From NCBI GenBank assembly GCA_964623955.1, contig CAZUVO010000009.1, forward strand, positions 1 through 38,751: a stretch of DNA of 38,751 nt, written 5' to 3'. The notes under the pieces are model-generated. The model was not told where the DNA came from and did no database searches. It saw only the letters and a program-made list of their open reading frames with translations. Both the position numbers and the translations under genes were made by a program. The stretch is from an uncultured Rhizobiaceae bacterium. GTDB taxonomy: Bacteria; Pseudomonadota; Alphaproteobacteria; UBA828. Below are positions 28,144 to 36,421 of the stretch, piece by piece. Positions within the stretch are counted from its first letter, which is position 1; every line of letters begins with the position of its first letter.

Positions 28144-30786
28144 TCAGGAATCGAGCGCGCGCGCGACTTCCTCGATCTCGTAGAATTCGATGATGTCGCC
28201 CTCGCGCATGTCGTGATAATTGTCGAACGCCATGCCGCACTCGAAGCCTTCCTTCACCTCGCGCACATCATCCTTGAAACTGCGCAAGGTCTTGAGCGAG
28301 CCGTCATGAATGACGATATCGTCGCGCAGCAGCCGGACCTTGGCGCCGCGGCGGACCAAGCCATCGGTGACGCGGCAGCCGGCAACCTTGCCGATCTTGC
28401 CGATATCGAAAATTTGCAGGATCTGGGCATTGCCGAGCTTGCGTTCGCGCAGCGCCGGCTTGAGCATGCCCTCGAGCATCGCTTTCGTGTCATCGACGAT
28501 ATTGTAGATGATGGCGTAATCGCGGATGTCGATACCTTCTCGCTGGGCCATCTCTCGCGCCTGCGGATTGGCGCGCACATTGAAGCCGATGATCCGTGCG
28601 TTGGAGGCCGCCGCCAGCACCACATCCGATTCGGTAATTCCGCCGACGCCGGCATGGAGCACCTGAACCGCGACCTCGTCCGTCGATAGATTTTCCAGCG
28701 CGCTTCTGACCGCCTCCACCGATCCGTGGACATCGGCCTTGATGACGAGGGGCAGCATTTGCAACCCGTCTTCGCCGGTTTGCGAGAACATTTGCTCGAC
28801 ATCGACGCGCGACGTGCTGCGCGCGGCAGCGATTTCGCGTTCGCGCTCGGCGCGGAATTCGCTGATCTCGCGGGCGCGACGCTCATTTTCGACCACCACA
28901 AACTGATCGCCGGCATTGGGCGGACCGTTGAAGCCGAGGACTTCGACCGGTGTGGAGGGCGGCGCTTCGGCGCGGCTCTGGCCGCGGTCATCGGTCAACG
29001 CCCGGACGCGGCCCCATTCGGCGCCGGCAACGACGATATCGCCGACATGCAACGTGCCGCGTTGCACCAGGAAAGTACAGACCACGCCGCGTCCCCGGTC
29101 GACGCGCGATTCGATCACCACGCCGTCGGCGGCGCGTTCCGGATTGGCGGCGAGCTCGAGAATTTCCGCCTGCAGGCCGATTGTCTCTTCAAGTTTGTCG
29201 AGATTGGTTTTTTCAATTGCCGATACTTCGACCGAGAGCACATCGCCGCCCATCTCCTCGCTGACAATCTCGTGCTGCAGCAGTTCCTGGCGCACGCGGT
29301 CGGCATTGGCATCCGGCCGGTCGATCTTGTTGATTGCGACGATGAGCGGCACGCCCGCCGCACGGGCGTGATCGATGGCCTCGACGGTCTGCGGCATCAC
29401 CCCGTCATCGGCGGCGACCACGAGAATGACGATATCGGTGATCTTCGCGCCACGCGAGCGCATCTGCGTGAACGCGGCATGGCCCGGCGTATCGATAAAG
29501 GTGATGCGCGCACCGCTCGGGGTTTCCACCTGGTAGGCGCCGATATGCTGGGTAATGCCGCCCGCTTCGCCGGCCGCGACATCGGTCGCGCGCAAGGCGT
29601 CGAGCAGCGATGTCTTGCCGTGATCGACATGGCCCATGACGGTCACCACCGGTGGCCGAGAGGCGAGGCTGTCGGCGTCGTCCGCTTCGCCTTCCAAGCC
29701 GATTTCCACGTCGGAAGCGCTCACCCGCTTAACCTTGTGGCCGAACTCATGAACCACCAGTTCCGCGGTGTCACCCTCGATGCTTTGCGCCATGGAGGCC
29801 GCGATGCCCAACTGCATCAGCTTCTTCACGACTTCGATGCCGCGCACCGCCATGCGGTTGGCAAGCTCCTGGACGGTGATCGTCTCCGGCACCACCACTT
29901 CGCGCACCACGGGTCCGGCGTCTTCGCCGCCACCCGCCTCCGCCGCCATTCTGCGTTCCCGCTCGCGCTGGCGTTTGAGCGACGCCAGGCTGCGGCTGCG
30001 CACATCTTCGCCTTCGGTTTCAAGCGCCCGGGAGACGGTGAGCTTGCCGCCGCGGCGGCGGTTGGAATCGCGGTCGCGCTTGCCGGGCGATGGTGTCCGG
30101 CGCGCTTCGGTGCGCCGCCGCCCCCGGCGCGGAGAATCCTCATCTTCGGCCCCCGCATCGCGCTTGGCGTCGGTACGCTCGGCACCGGGCGCCTGGGCCT
30201 CGGCAGCGTCCCCTTCGGTTTGCGCGGCGAGACGGCGTGCCGCCTCTTCCTCCGCCTCGCGGCGTTTTTCGTCTTCTTCCCGGCGCCGCGTATCTTCCTC
30301 GGCAGCGCGGCGCTCGGCTTCCTCGCGCTCGACGGCGCGGGTTCTATCTTCCTCTTCGCGGATCGCCGCTTCGCGCTCCGCTTCGAGGCGTTTGCGGCCC
30401 TCTTCGCGGACCGCGTCTTCCACCGCCCGGGCGCGCGTGGCCTTTTCTTCCTGCGTCAGGGTGCGCAGGACGACCCGCGATTTCGGCGCGTCGGCCTTGG
30501 ATTCCTCGGTTTGGGCCGGCGCCTCGACGGGTTTCGCCGGTTCGGCATCGGCGGTTTTGAGCGTGCCCGCAGCGCGCGCCGTCGGCGGCGCCGCACTGAC
30601 CCCGGAGCTCTGTTTGACGCTGCGCTTTTTGCGCACTTCGACGGCGACGGCCCTGCTGCGGCCGTGCGAAAAACTCTGGCGCACCTGGCCCGCATCCGCG
30701 GACTGACTCGCGTCCGGCCTGCCCTGCCGCTTTAGAGACAGGGGCTTTTTCTCGCGGCCGCTTTCGACCTTGCCTTCGTCGCTCAT
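28144..30786 (-). CDS. infB: Translation initiation factor IF-2
   Basis: 880 aa with a low-complexity E/R/A-rich N-terminal region, then the GTPase core [19 protein letters not shown]...DTPGHAAF...NKID. Confidence 0.97.
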   Translation of the reverse strand: MSDEGKVESGREKKPLSLKRQGRPDASQSADAGQVRQSFSHGRSRAVAVEVRKKRSVKQSSGVSAAPPTARAAGTLKTADAEPAKPVEAPAQTEESKADAPKSRVVLRTLTQEEKATRARAVEDAVREEGRKRLEAEREAAIREEEDRTRAVEREEAERRAAEEDTRRREEDEKRREAEEEAARRLAAQTEGDAAEAQAPGAERTDAKRDAGAEDEDSPRRGRRRTEARRTPSPGKRDRDSNRRRGGKLTVSRALETEGEDVRSRSLASLKRQRERERRMAAEAGGGEDAGPVVREVVVPETITVQELANRMAVRGIEVVKKLMQLGIAASMAQSIEGDTAELVVHEFGHKVKRVSASDVEIGLEGEADDADSLASRPPVVTVMGHVDHGKTSLLDALRATDVAAGEAGGITQHIGAYQVETPSGARITFIDTPGHAAFTQMRSRGAKITDIVILVVAADDGVMPQTVEAIDHARAAGVPLIVAINKIDRPDANADRVRQELLQHEIVSEEMGGDVLSVEVSAIEKTNLDKLEETIGLQAEILELAANPERAADGVVIESRVDRGRGVVCTFLVQRGTLHVGDIVVAGAEWGRVRALTDDRGQSRAEAPPSTPVEVLGFNGPPNAGDQFVVVENERRAREISEFRAEREREIAAARSTSRVDVEQMFSQTGEDGLQMLPLVIKADVHGSVEAVRSALENLSTDEVAVQVLHAGVGGITESDVVLAAASNARIIGFNVRANPQAREMAQREGIDIRDYAIIYNIVDDTKAMLEGMLKPALRERKLGNAQILQIFDIGKIGKVAGCRVTDGLVRRGAKVRLLRDDIVIHDGSLKTLRSFKDDVREVKEGFECGMAFDNYHDMREGDIIEFYEIEEVARALDS

Positions 30787-31472
30787 TCGCTTCCTTTTCG
30801 GTCCTGTCGTTCGTCTTCTGATTCTGCTTCCAGGCGCGAGTCACCAACCGCCCGGAAACCACCAAGTCGGCGGCATTCGCGCAAGAAGCGGTCCGCCAGG
30901 GGTGACGGCCGCAGCGCCGCATGCACCATATCGCCGCGCCCGAGGGCGCGCGACAGTTCGGCGCGGCTAAACATTTCCACCGCGGGCAGGCCATGCGCCA
31001 GCGCCCGCATCCGGGCGCGCGGCTGCGCGGCGCCATCGGCGGCCTGAAGTAACAGAGCAGCCCGCCCGGCGCCAATATCCGCGCGCACCTGGTCATGGCC
31101 CACGGCAATTGCGCCGGCGCGCAAGGCGAGGCCGAGATAGTTGAGCGCCCGCTGAGCGAGTTGTTCGCCCACCTCCGCCGTCAAATTTTCGCCCACAACG
31201 ACCGGCCCGCGTGCGGCCTGAGCGAAGGCTCCCGTGGTTCGCGCCTCTTCGGCGGCGGCCTGGTCGGCACTCAACCACAATCCGCGGCCCGGCAAGCGTT
31301 CGGCGAGATCCGCGACGATGCGCCGGTCCGGCCCGACGACGAAACGGATCATGCCGTCCGTCGCGCCTTCGCGCCGCGTCAGGATGCAGCGCCGCCGTTT
31401 GACGGCGGCCGCCCCGGAGGGCGATGGCCGCGCCTGTTTCGGCGGTTTCATATGTCGTGCGGTTTGCGGCAT
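30783..31472 (-). CDS. YlxR/DUF448-type RNA-binding protein with L7Ae-like C-terminal extension
   Basis: From ATG 31472 (7 nt after the nusA stop): ...[42 protein letters not shown] is the YlxR signature. It sits in the classic position between nusA and infB, and its stop overlaps the infB start (ATGA). The upstream part of the 289-aa track ORF overlaps nusA. Confidence 0.8.
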   Translation of the reverse strand: MPQTARHMKPPKQARPSPSGAAAVKRRRCILTRREGATDGMIRFVVGPDRRIVADLAERLPGRGLWLSADQAAAEEARTTGAFAQAARGPVVVGENLTAEVGEQLAQRALNYLGLALRAGAIAVGHDQVRADIGAGRAALLLQAADGAAQPRARMRALAHGLPAVEMFSRAELSRALGRGDMVHAALRPSPLADRFLRECRRLGGFRAVGDSRLEAESEDERQDRKGSE

Positions 31473-31479
31473 GGCGATC

Positions 31480-33093
31480 CTAGGGCGACCCCACTTCCTC
31501 GTTCGCGGCGGCGGCTTCCTCCGCCGGCTCCGCGGCGGCAGTGGCGTCTGCATCTTCCTCCGCGCCCTCTTCGGCCACCTCCGGCTCGTCATCGAACCAA
31601 TGGGCCCGCGCGGCCATGATGATGGCGTTGGCGTCGTCCATATTGGGCACAAGGTTGCCCAATATTTCGATCAGCTCGTCGCCGGCGAGATCGCCCAAAT
31701 CGTCCAGCGTCTTGATCTCCGCTTCGCCGAGCGTGACCAGCGCCGCCGGGCTGAGGCCTTCGATCGCGGCGAGATCGTCTTCGACGCCCAAGGCGACGCG
31801 CCTATCGGTCATTTCGCTATTTATCTTGTCGACATATTCCGTGGCGCGCCGGCGCAATTCCTCGGCGATTTCGGTATCGAAACTCTCGACCGAGGCAAGC
31901 TCCTCGGTCGGCACGAAGGCGACTTCCTCGATGGTGGCGAAGCCTTCGCTGACCAGCAGGTGGGCGATCACATCGTCGACATCGAGCGCTTCCATATAGA
32001 GCTCGGTGCGGCTGCGCACCTCTTCCTGGCGGCGGTCCGATTCCTCCGCCTCGGTCAGGATATCGATGTCCCATCCGGAGAGCTGGGAGGCGAGGCGGAC
32101 ATTCTGGCCGCGCCGGCCGATAGCGAGGCTGAGCTGATCGTCGGGCACGACCACTTCGATGCGTTTGGCATCTTCGTCGAGCACGACCTTGGCCACTTCC
32201 GCCGGCGCCAGCGCGTTGACGATCGAGGCCGCGGGATCGGGAGACCATTGAATGATATCGATCTTTTCGCCCTGAAGCTCGCTGACCACGGCCTGCACCC
32301 TGGAGCCGCGCATGCCGACGCAGGCGCCGACCGGATCGATGCTGGCATCGTTCGAAAAGACGGCGATTTTCGCCCGGCTGCCCGGGTCTCGGGCGACGGA
32401 TTTGATCTCGATGATGCCGTCGTAAATCTCGGGCACTTCCTGGGAGAACAGCTTGGCCATGAAATTGGGATGGGTGCGCGAGATGAAAATCTGCGGCCCG
32501 CGCTGTTCGCGGCGCACATCGTAAATATAGCCGCGCACCCGGTCGCCGTTGCGGAACGATTCACGCGGCAGCAAATCCTCGCGCCGGATGACGGCTTCGC
32601 CGCGGCCGAGATCGACGGTCACGCCGCCGAATTCGGAGCGTTTCACCAACCCGCTGGCGATCTCGCCGACGCGGTCTTTATATTCTTCATATTGCCGCGC
32701 CCGTTCGGCTTCGCGAACCTTCTGAACGATCACCTGTTTGGCAGTCTGTGCCGCGATGCGCCCGAAATCGATCGGCGGCAGGGCATCGGCGAGATAATCG
32801 CCGATCTGCGCCGCGGGATTGCGCTCCTGCGCGGCCTCGACGCTGATCTGGGTGGCGTCATTCTCCACCGGATCGGCCACTTCGAGAAAGCGCATCAGGC
32901 GGATTTCGCCGGTTTCCCGGTCGATTTCCGTGCGGATATCGTGTTCTTGGCCATATTTGCGCTTGCCGGCATGGGTGATCGCCTGCTCCATCGCATCGAG
33001 CACGAGATCGCGCTCAATGCCCTTTTCGCGTGCCACTGCATCGGCAACCTGGAGCAATTCGTGGCGGGCCAACCCGACTGTTTCCGTATCCAT
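31480..33093 (-). CDS. nusA: Transcription termination/antitermination factor NusA
   Basis: 537 aa: N-terminal domain, S1, two KH domains (…GACVGMRGSRVQAVVSELQGEKIDII…AIGRRGQNVRLASQLSGWDIDI) and C-terminal acidic repeats. Confidence 0.97.
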   Translation of the reverse strand: MDTETVGLARHELLQVADAVAREKGIERDLVLDAMEQAITHAGKRKYGQEHDIRTEIDRETGEIRLMRFLEVADPVENDATQISVEAAQERNPAAQIGDYLADALPPIDFGRIAAQTAKQVIVQKVREAERARQYEEYKDRVGEIASGLVKRSEFGGVTVDLGRGEAVIRREDLLPRESFRNGDRVRGYIYDVRREQRGPQIFISRTHPNFMAKLFSQEVPEIYDGIIEIKSVARDPGSRAKIAVFSNDASIDPVGACVGMRGSRVQAVVSELQGEKIDIIQWSPDPAASIVNALAPAEVAKVVLDEDAKRIEVVVPDDQLSLAIGRRGQNVRLASQLSGWDIDILTEAEESDRRQEEVRSRTELYMEALDVDDVIAHLLVSEGFATIEEVAFVPTEELASVESFDTEIAEELRRRATEYVDKINSEMTDRRVALGVEDDLAAIEGLSPAALVTLGEAEIKTLDDLGDLAGDELIEILGNLVPNMDDANAIIMAARAHWFDDEPEVAEEGAEEDADATAAAEPAEEAAAANEEVGSP

Positions 33094-33098
33094 CTGCT

Positions 33099-33590
33099 CT
33101 ACATCCGTTTCTGCGACTCGGCGGCCGAAATCAATTCGTCCGTCAAAATCAGTTTGGCTTTCTTGATGGCTGCGAACGGCACCATTGCCGCGCTGCCATC
33201 GGCGGAAATCCGCACATTGCCGTCTTCTACACCCAAAAGCTGCCCGCGCAAGCGCTTGCGCCCGTCCATCGGCGCGGCAAGCTCGATCTTGGCATCGAAC
33301 CCGGCGAAGCGTTCAAAATCGCCGATCCGCGTCAGCGGCCGGTCGAGTCCCGGGGAGCTGACCTCGAGATTGTAGGCCCCGCCGATCGGATCCTCGACAT
33401 CCAACAGGGCCGAGATCGATTTGCTCGCGGCCGCGCATTCATCCACGGTCAGGGGCGCGCGGTCGCGCCGTTCGATCATGATCTGAAGGGTTGGGCGTCC
33501 GGTCCCGCCATAGCGCACCCGGACGAGCTCGAAGCCCAGGGCTTCAAGGGACGGTGCGATCAACTCCTCGACACGGTGCGTCTGTTCCAT
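33099..33590 (-). CDS. rimP: Ribosome maturation factor RimP
   Basis: 163 aa: MEQTHRVEELIAPSLEALGFELVRVRY...LEVSSPGLDRPL is the RimP signature. It lies immediately upstream of nusA. Confidence 0.93.
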   Translation of the reverse strand: MEQTHRVEELIAPSLEALGFELVRVRYGGTGRPTLQIMIERRDRAPLTVDECAAASKSISALLDVEDPIGGAYNLEVSSPGLDRPLTRIGDFERFAGFDAKIELAAPMDGRKRLRGQLLGVEDGNVRISADGSAAMVPFAAIKKAKLILTDELISAAESQKRM

Positions 33591-33628
33591 GGTAGCACCA
33601 CATCGTCAACGTGCCGACAGCACAAATG

Positions 33629-33650
33629 AAAAAGCGGGCGCGGGGCCCAC
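33629..33650 (-). terminator. Terminator-like hairpin in the rimP leader (possible attenuator)
   Basis: Minus strand reads GUGGGC-CCCGC-GCCCGC followed by UUUUUCAUUUG, 39-60 nt upstream of the rimP ATG. The stem is short (6 bp including one G-U pair). Confidence 0.35.
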
Positions 33651-33696
33651 CTCAATCTTCATCGCAAAGACTGACCTTGTTGTCATTGGGGGCTAA

Positions 33697-33724
33697 CCTA
33701 TAACCCTTTAGGCCAAAGCTTCAA
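33697..33724 (-). promoter_or_regulatory. Candidate promoter of the rimP-nusA-infB operon
   Basis: Minus strand reads TTGAAG (33724-33719), a 16-nt spacer, then TATAGG (33702-33697), just downstream of the trmB stop. Confidence 0.3.
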
Positions 33725-33730
33725 GCGCTT

Positions 33731-34470
33731 TTATGTAATTTTAGGCGGTGTTTCTTCGGTGCCGTTACGCGGCAGACGCTCATAGCTCAGGAATATGGGC
33801 TGCCTTCCCGCCGCGCGGGCCTTCTGTTCATAGCGGGTTTCCGGCCAATCCTCGGGCCGTTCGCGCCAATCGCCGGGGCCCTCCGCCAACCAGTGGAAGC
33901 GCGGCTCGGCCTGCATGTGCCAAAGGGTCCAGCGGGCAAGCTCCGCGTGATCCGTGGCGAAGCGAAATTCGCCGCCATCCGCCACCAGCTCGGCGAAGCG
34001 CGAGACCATCTGCGGAGAGACGATGCGCCGTTTGTGATGGCGCTTTTTCGGCCACGGGTCGGGAAACAGCAGAATCAGGCGCGACAGGCTGGCCGGGGCG
34101 AGGCGCGCAATCAGGAGCCGCGCATCGTCCGGGAAAATTCTCACATTCGTCAGGCCGTCGGCCGAGATTCGGCTGAGCAGTGCGGCGACGCCGTTCAGAT
34201 AGGGCTCGCAGCCGATAAAGCCGATTTCCGGATTACGCGCGGCCTGCCAGGCGAGATGCTCGCCGCCGCCAAATCCGATCTCGAGCCAGAAATGTTTTTT
34301 TTTACGCCGGGAAAAAATTCGGCGGGCTCAATGAGCCCCTCGCCGGGAGCGAGTTCGATGGCGAGCTCGGGCAGCAACTCCCGCATCAAGGCTTGGCGCC
34401 GCGGGCGCAATTTATGGCCGCGCCGGCGGCTGTAGAAGAGGCTGCGGCGGTTTTCCGTCTCGGCGGCCAT
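33731..34470 (-). pseudogene. trmB: tRNA (guanine-N7)-methyltransferase TrmB, reading frame interrupted at an A9 run (T9 on the plus strand, 34295-34303)
   Basis: The N-terminal 58 codons from ATG 34470 (MAAETENRRSLFYSRRRGHKLRPRRQAL...EFFPGVKK) run into a stop at 34195. Shifting one frame at the A9 run continues as HFWLEIGFGGGEHLAWQAARNPEIGFIGCEPYLNG...TNVRIFPDDARLL...LLFPDPWPKKRHHKRR, the canonical TrmB SAM-binding and FPDPW motifs, down to stop 33731. The total span is 740 nt, which is not a multiple of 3. Confidence 0.85.
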
Positions 34471-34496
34471 GTTACCGGTTGCGGCCGGCGGCGCCC

Positions 34497-35666
34497 TTAG
34501 CTGAGCGCGCTTTTCAGCGCGTCGGCGAGATCCGTCTTCTCCCAGGAGAAGCCGCCATCGGGCTCCGGCGCCCGGCCGAAATGGCCGTAGGCGGCCGTGC
34601 GCGCATAGATCGGCCGGCTCAGTTTCAAATGTTCGCGGATGCCGCGCGGCGTGAGATCCATTGCCTCGCCCATCGCCGAGGCGAGTTTGGCTTCGTCGAT
34701 CTGGCCGGTGCCGTGGGTGTCGACATAGAGCGACAGCGGCTTGGCGACGCCGATGGCGTAGCTCAGCTGAATCGTGCAGCGATCGGCAAGCCCGGCGGCA
34801 ACGGCGTTCTTCGCCAGATAGCGCGCGGCATAGGCCGCCGAACGGTCGACCTTGGACGGATCCTTGCCGGAGAACGCGCCGCCGCCATGGGGCGCCGAGC
34901 CGCCATAAGTGTCGACGATGATCTTGCGCCCGGTAAGGCCGGAATCGCCGTCGGGCCCGCCGATCACGAAGCGGCCCGTCGGATTGACGTAAAACTCCTC
35001 CTCCGGGCACATCCAGCCGTCCGGCAAGGTGTTCACCACATGAGGGCGCACGATTTCGCGCACTTCGTCCTGGCTGAGGGTCGCCGAATGCTGGCTCGAG
35101 ACGACGACGGAGGTCGCGCGCACGGGTTTGCCATTCTCGTAACTAAGCGTCACCTGGCTTTTCGAATCCGGCAGCAGGCCCGGCTCGGCGCCGGAATGGC
35201 GGGCATCGGCGAGCGAGCGCAGGATGGCATGGGAATAATGGATTGCCGCCGGCATGAGCGCGTCGGTTTCGCGGCAGGCATAGCCGAACATGATGCCCTG
35301 ATCGCCCGCGCCCTCTTCTTTATTGCCGTCGCCATCGACGCCCATGGCAATGTCGCCGGACTGGGAATGGACGTGAACCTCAACATGGGCGCGCGCCCAG
35401 TGAAATCCGTCCTGCTCATAGCCGATCTGGCGCACCGCTTCGCGCGCGACATCTTCCATCATGTCATGGGTGATCGATTCGGGGCCGCGCACTTCGCCGG
35501 CCAGCACGATGCGATTGGTCGTCACCAGGGTTTCACAAGCCACGCGCGCTTCCGGCTCCCGCGCCAAAAATGTATCGACGATCGCATCCGATATGCGGTC
35601 GCATACCTTGTCGGGGTGGCCTTCCGAAACGGATTCGCTGGTGAAGAGGAAATTGGACAGGGTCAA
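34497..35666 (-). CDS. metK: S-adenosylmethionine synthetase
   Basis: 389 aa: (M)[30 protein letters not shown]...[12 protein letters not shown]...[19 protein letters not shown]. The TTG start at 35666 is supported by a GGGAGG SD 7 nt upstream. Confidence 0.96.
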   Translation of the reverse strand: MTLSNFLFTSESVSEGHPDKVCDRISDAIVDTFLAREPEARVACETLVTTNRIVLAGEVRGPESITHDMMEDVAREAVRQIGYEQDGFHWARAHVEVHVHSQSGDIAMGVDGDGNKEEGAGDQGIMFGYACRETDALMPAAIHYSHAILRSLADARHSGAEPGLLPDSKSQVTLSYENGKPVRATSVVVSSQHSATLSQDEVREIVRPHVVNTLPDGWMCPEEEFYVNPTGRFVIGGPDGDSGLTGRKIIVDTYGGSAPHGGGAFSGKDPSKVDRSAAYAARYLAKNAVAAGLADRCTIQLSYAIGVAKPLSLYVDTHGTGQIDEAKLASAMGEAMDLTPRGIREHLKLSRPIYARTAAYGHFGRAPEPDGGFSWEKTDLADALKSALS

Positions 35667-35823
35667 GAAACCGCCTCCCTTTTATTGGCTCTAATCCCGC
35701 CGGAACAACGCCGAGCGTGAACGTGGCGCGACATTTTCGCCGCACCGTTTTGTGTCAATCTTTCCGCGCACGGTCAAGCGCTTTGCCCGACCGCGATGAG
35801 GGAGGGTGTATCGGACCGGCTTG

Positions 35824-36255
35824 TTAGTCGGTGCCGCCGCCCTTGCCGCCGGCAGCGGGTTTGGCGACCGCCTTCACCAGCTCAAAGACTCTTTTGCGCA
35901 CGCTCGGATCCGTGATCCGATAATAAGCCCGTACCAATTCAAGCGTCTCTCGTTTAACCAGCGGGTCACCTTCGAACGAAGCCACCTTTACGTCTGCCAG
36001 GCCCGGCGTTTTCGCGCCGGCTATTTCGGGCGGCAGATCGTCGAAGAAATAAGAAACCGGAATGTCGAGTACTTGCGACAATTGATACAGCCGACTCGAC
36101 CCGATTCGGTTCGTCCCGCGTTCGTATTTTTGTACTTGTTGGAACGTTAAGTTGATCGCTTTGCCGAGCTTTTCTTGGCTCATGCCGAGCAGAGTCCGGC
36201 GTAGGCGCACACGTTTGCCAACGTGCACGTCTATTGGGTTTGGATGAAGTGCCAT
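35824..36255 (-). CDS. XRE-family helix-turn-helix transcriptional regulator (conserved alphaproteobacterial type)
   Basis: 143 aa: VGKRVRLRRTLLGMSQEKLGKAINLTFQQVQKYERGTNRIGSSRLYQLSQVLDIPVSYFF is a Cro/C1-type HTH, followed by a C-terminal region of about 70 aa. Confidence 0.85.
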   Translation of the reverse strand: MALHPNPIDVHVGKRVRLRRTLLGMSQEKLGKAINLTFQQVQKYERGTNRIGSSRLYQLSQVLDIPVSYFFDDLPPEIAGAKTPGLADVKVASFEGDPLVKRETLELVRAYYRITDPSVRKRVFELVKAVAKPAAGGKGGGTD

Positions 36256-36301
36256 GAGATCTCTAAGTTAGAATTATTCAACTCTACGGAGTGCCATGAG
36301 A
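36248..36301 (-). repeat. 12-bp exact direct repeat (minus strand TCTCATGGCACT), spaced 42 bp start to start; one copy contains the XRE start codon and the other starts a 7-codon uORF
   Basis: AGTGCCATGAGA occurs at 36248-36259 and 36290-36301 (plus strand). The upstream copy opens ATG GCA CTC CGT AGA GTT GAA TAA (36297 down to 36274, MALRRVE). Confidence 0.6.
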
Positions 36302-36318
36302 GGTGATCCGCAATACAA

Positions 36319-36340
36319 AGGGTCGCTTTTAACGAACCCT
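36319..36340 (-). terminator. Candidate lnt terminator / XRE-leader hairpin
   Basis: Minus strand reads AGGGT(T)CG-TTAAAAG-CGACCCT followed by TTGTATTG. The stem is 7 bp with one bulged T. It lies 80-100 nt after the lnt stop. Confidence 0.35.
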
Positions 36341-36421
36341 TCAGTGACGGTTTCTCTTAGCCTATTTCATTTTACTGTGTCAACAACTGCCTGATTCTTA
36401 CGATTATTAAGAGCTGTAGAA

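Noticed and set aside
30060-30560. Repetitive-looking GC-rich DNA in the 5' third of infB.
   Set aside because: It encodes the usual low-complexity E/R/A-rich N-terminal domain of IF-2. It is not a tandem DNA repeat or a mobile element.
34195-35010. 271-aa minus-strand ORF overlapping metK.
   Set aside because: Only its last 91 codons (from ATG 34470) are real, and they are the N-terminal part of frameshifted trmB. The upstream 180 codons are an out-of-frame shadow of metK.
35667-35823. Possible SAM riboswitch (SAM-II, SAM-V or SAM/SAH) or other leader upstream of metK. A TTGACA -35-like hexamer lies at 35758-35753.
   Set aside because: The leader is short (about 60-90 nt), and I could not match the conserved SAM-II or SAM/SAH core sequences or their pseudoknot by eye. 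A covariance-model scan (Rfam RF00521, RF01727, RF01826) would decide.
36266-36282. ICE-like sequence GTTAGAATTATTCAACT just upstream of the XRE regulator start.
   Set aside because: Only the first half-site is good (6 of 7). The second half (TTCAACT versus TTCTAAA) is poor. It probably just reflects the AT-rich spacer.
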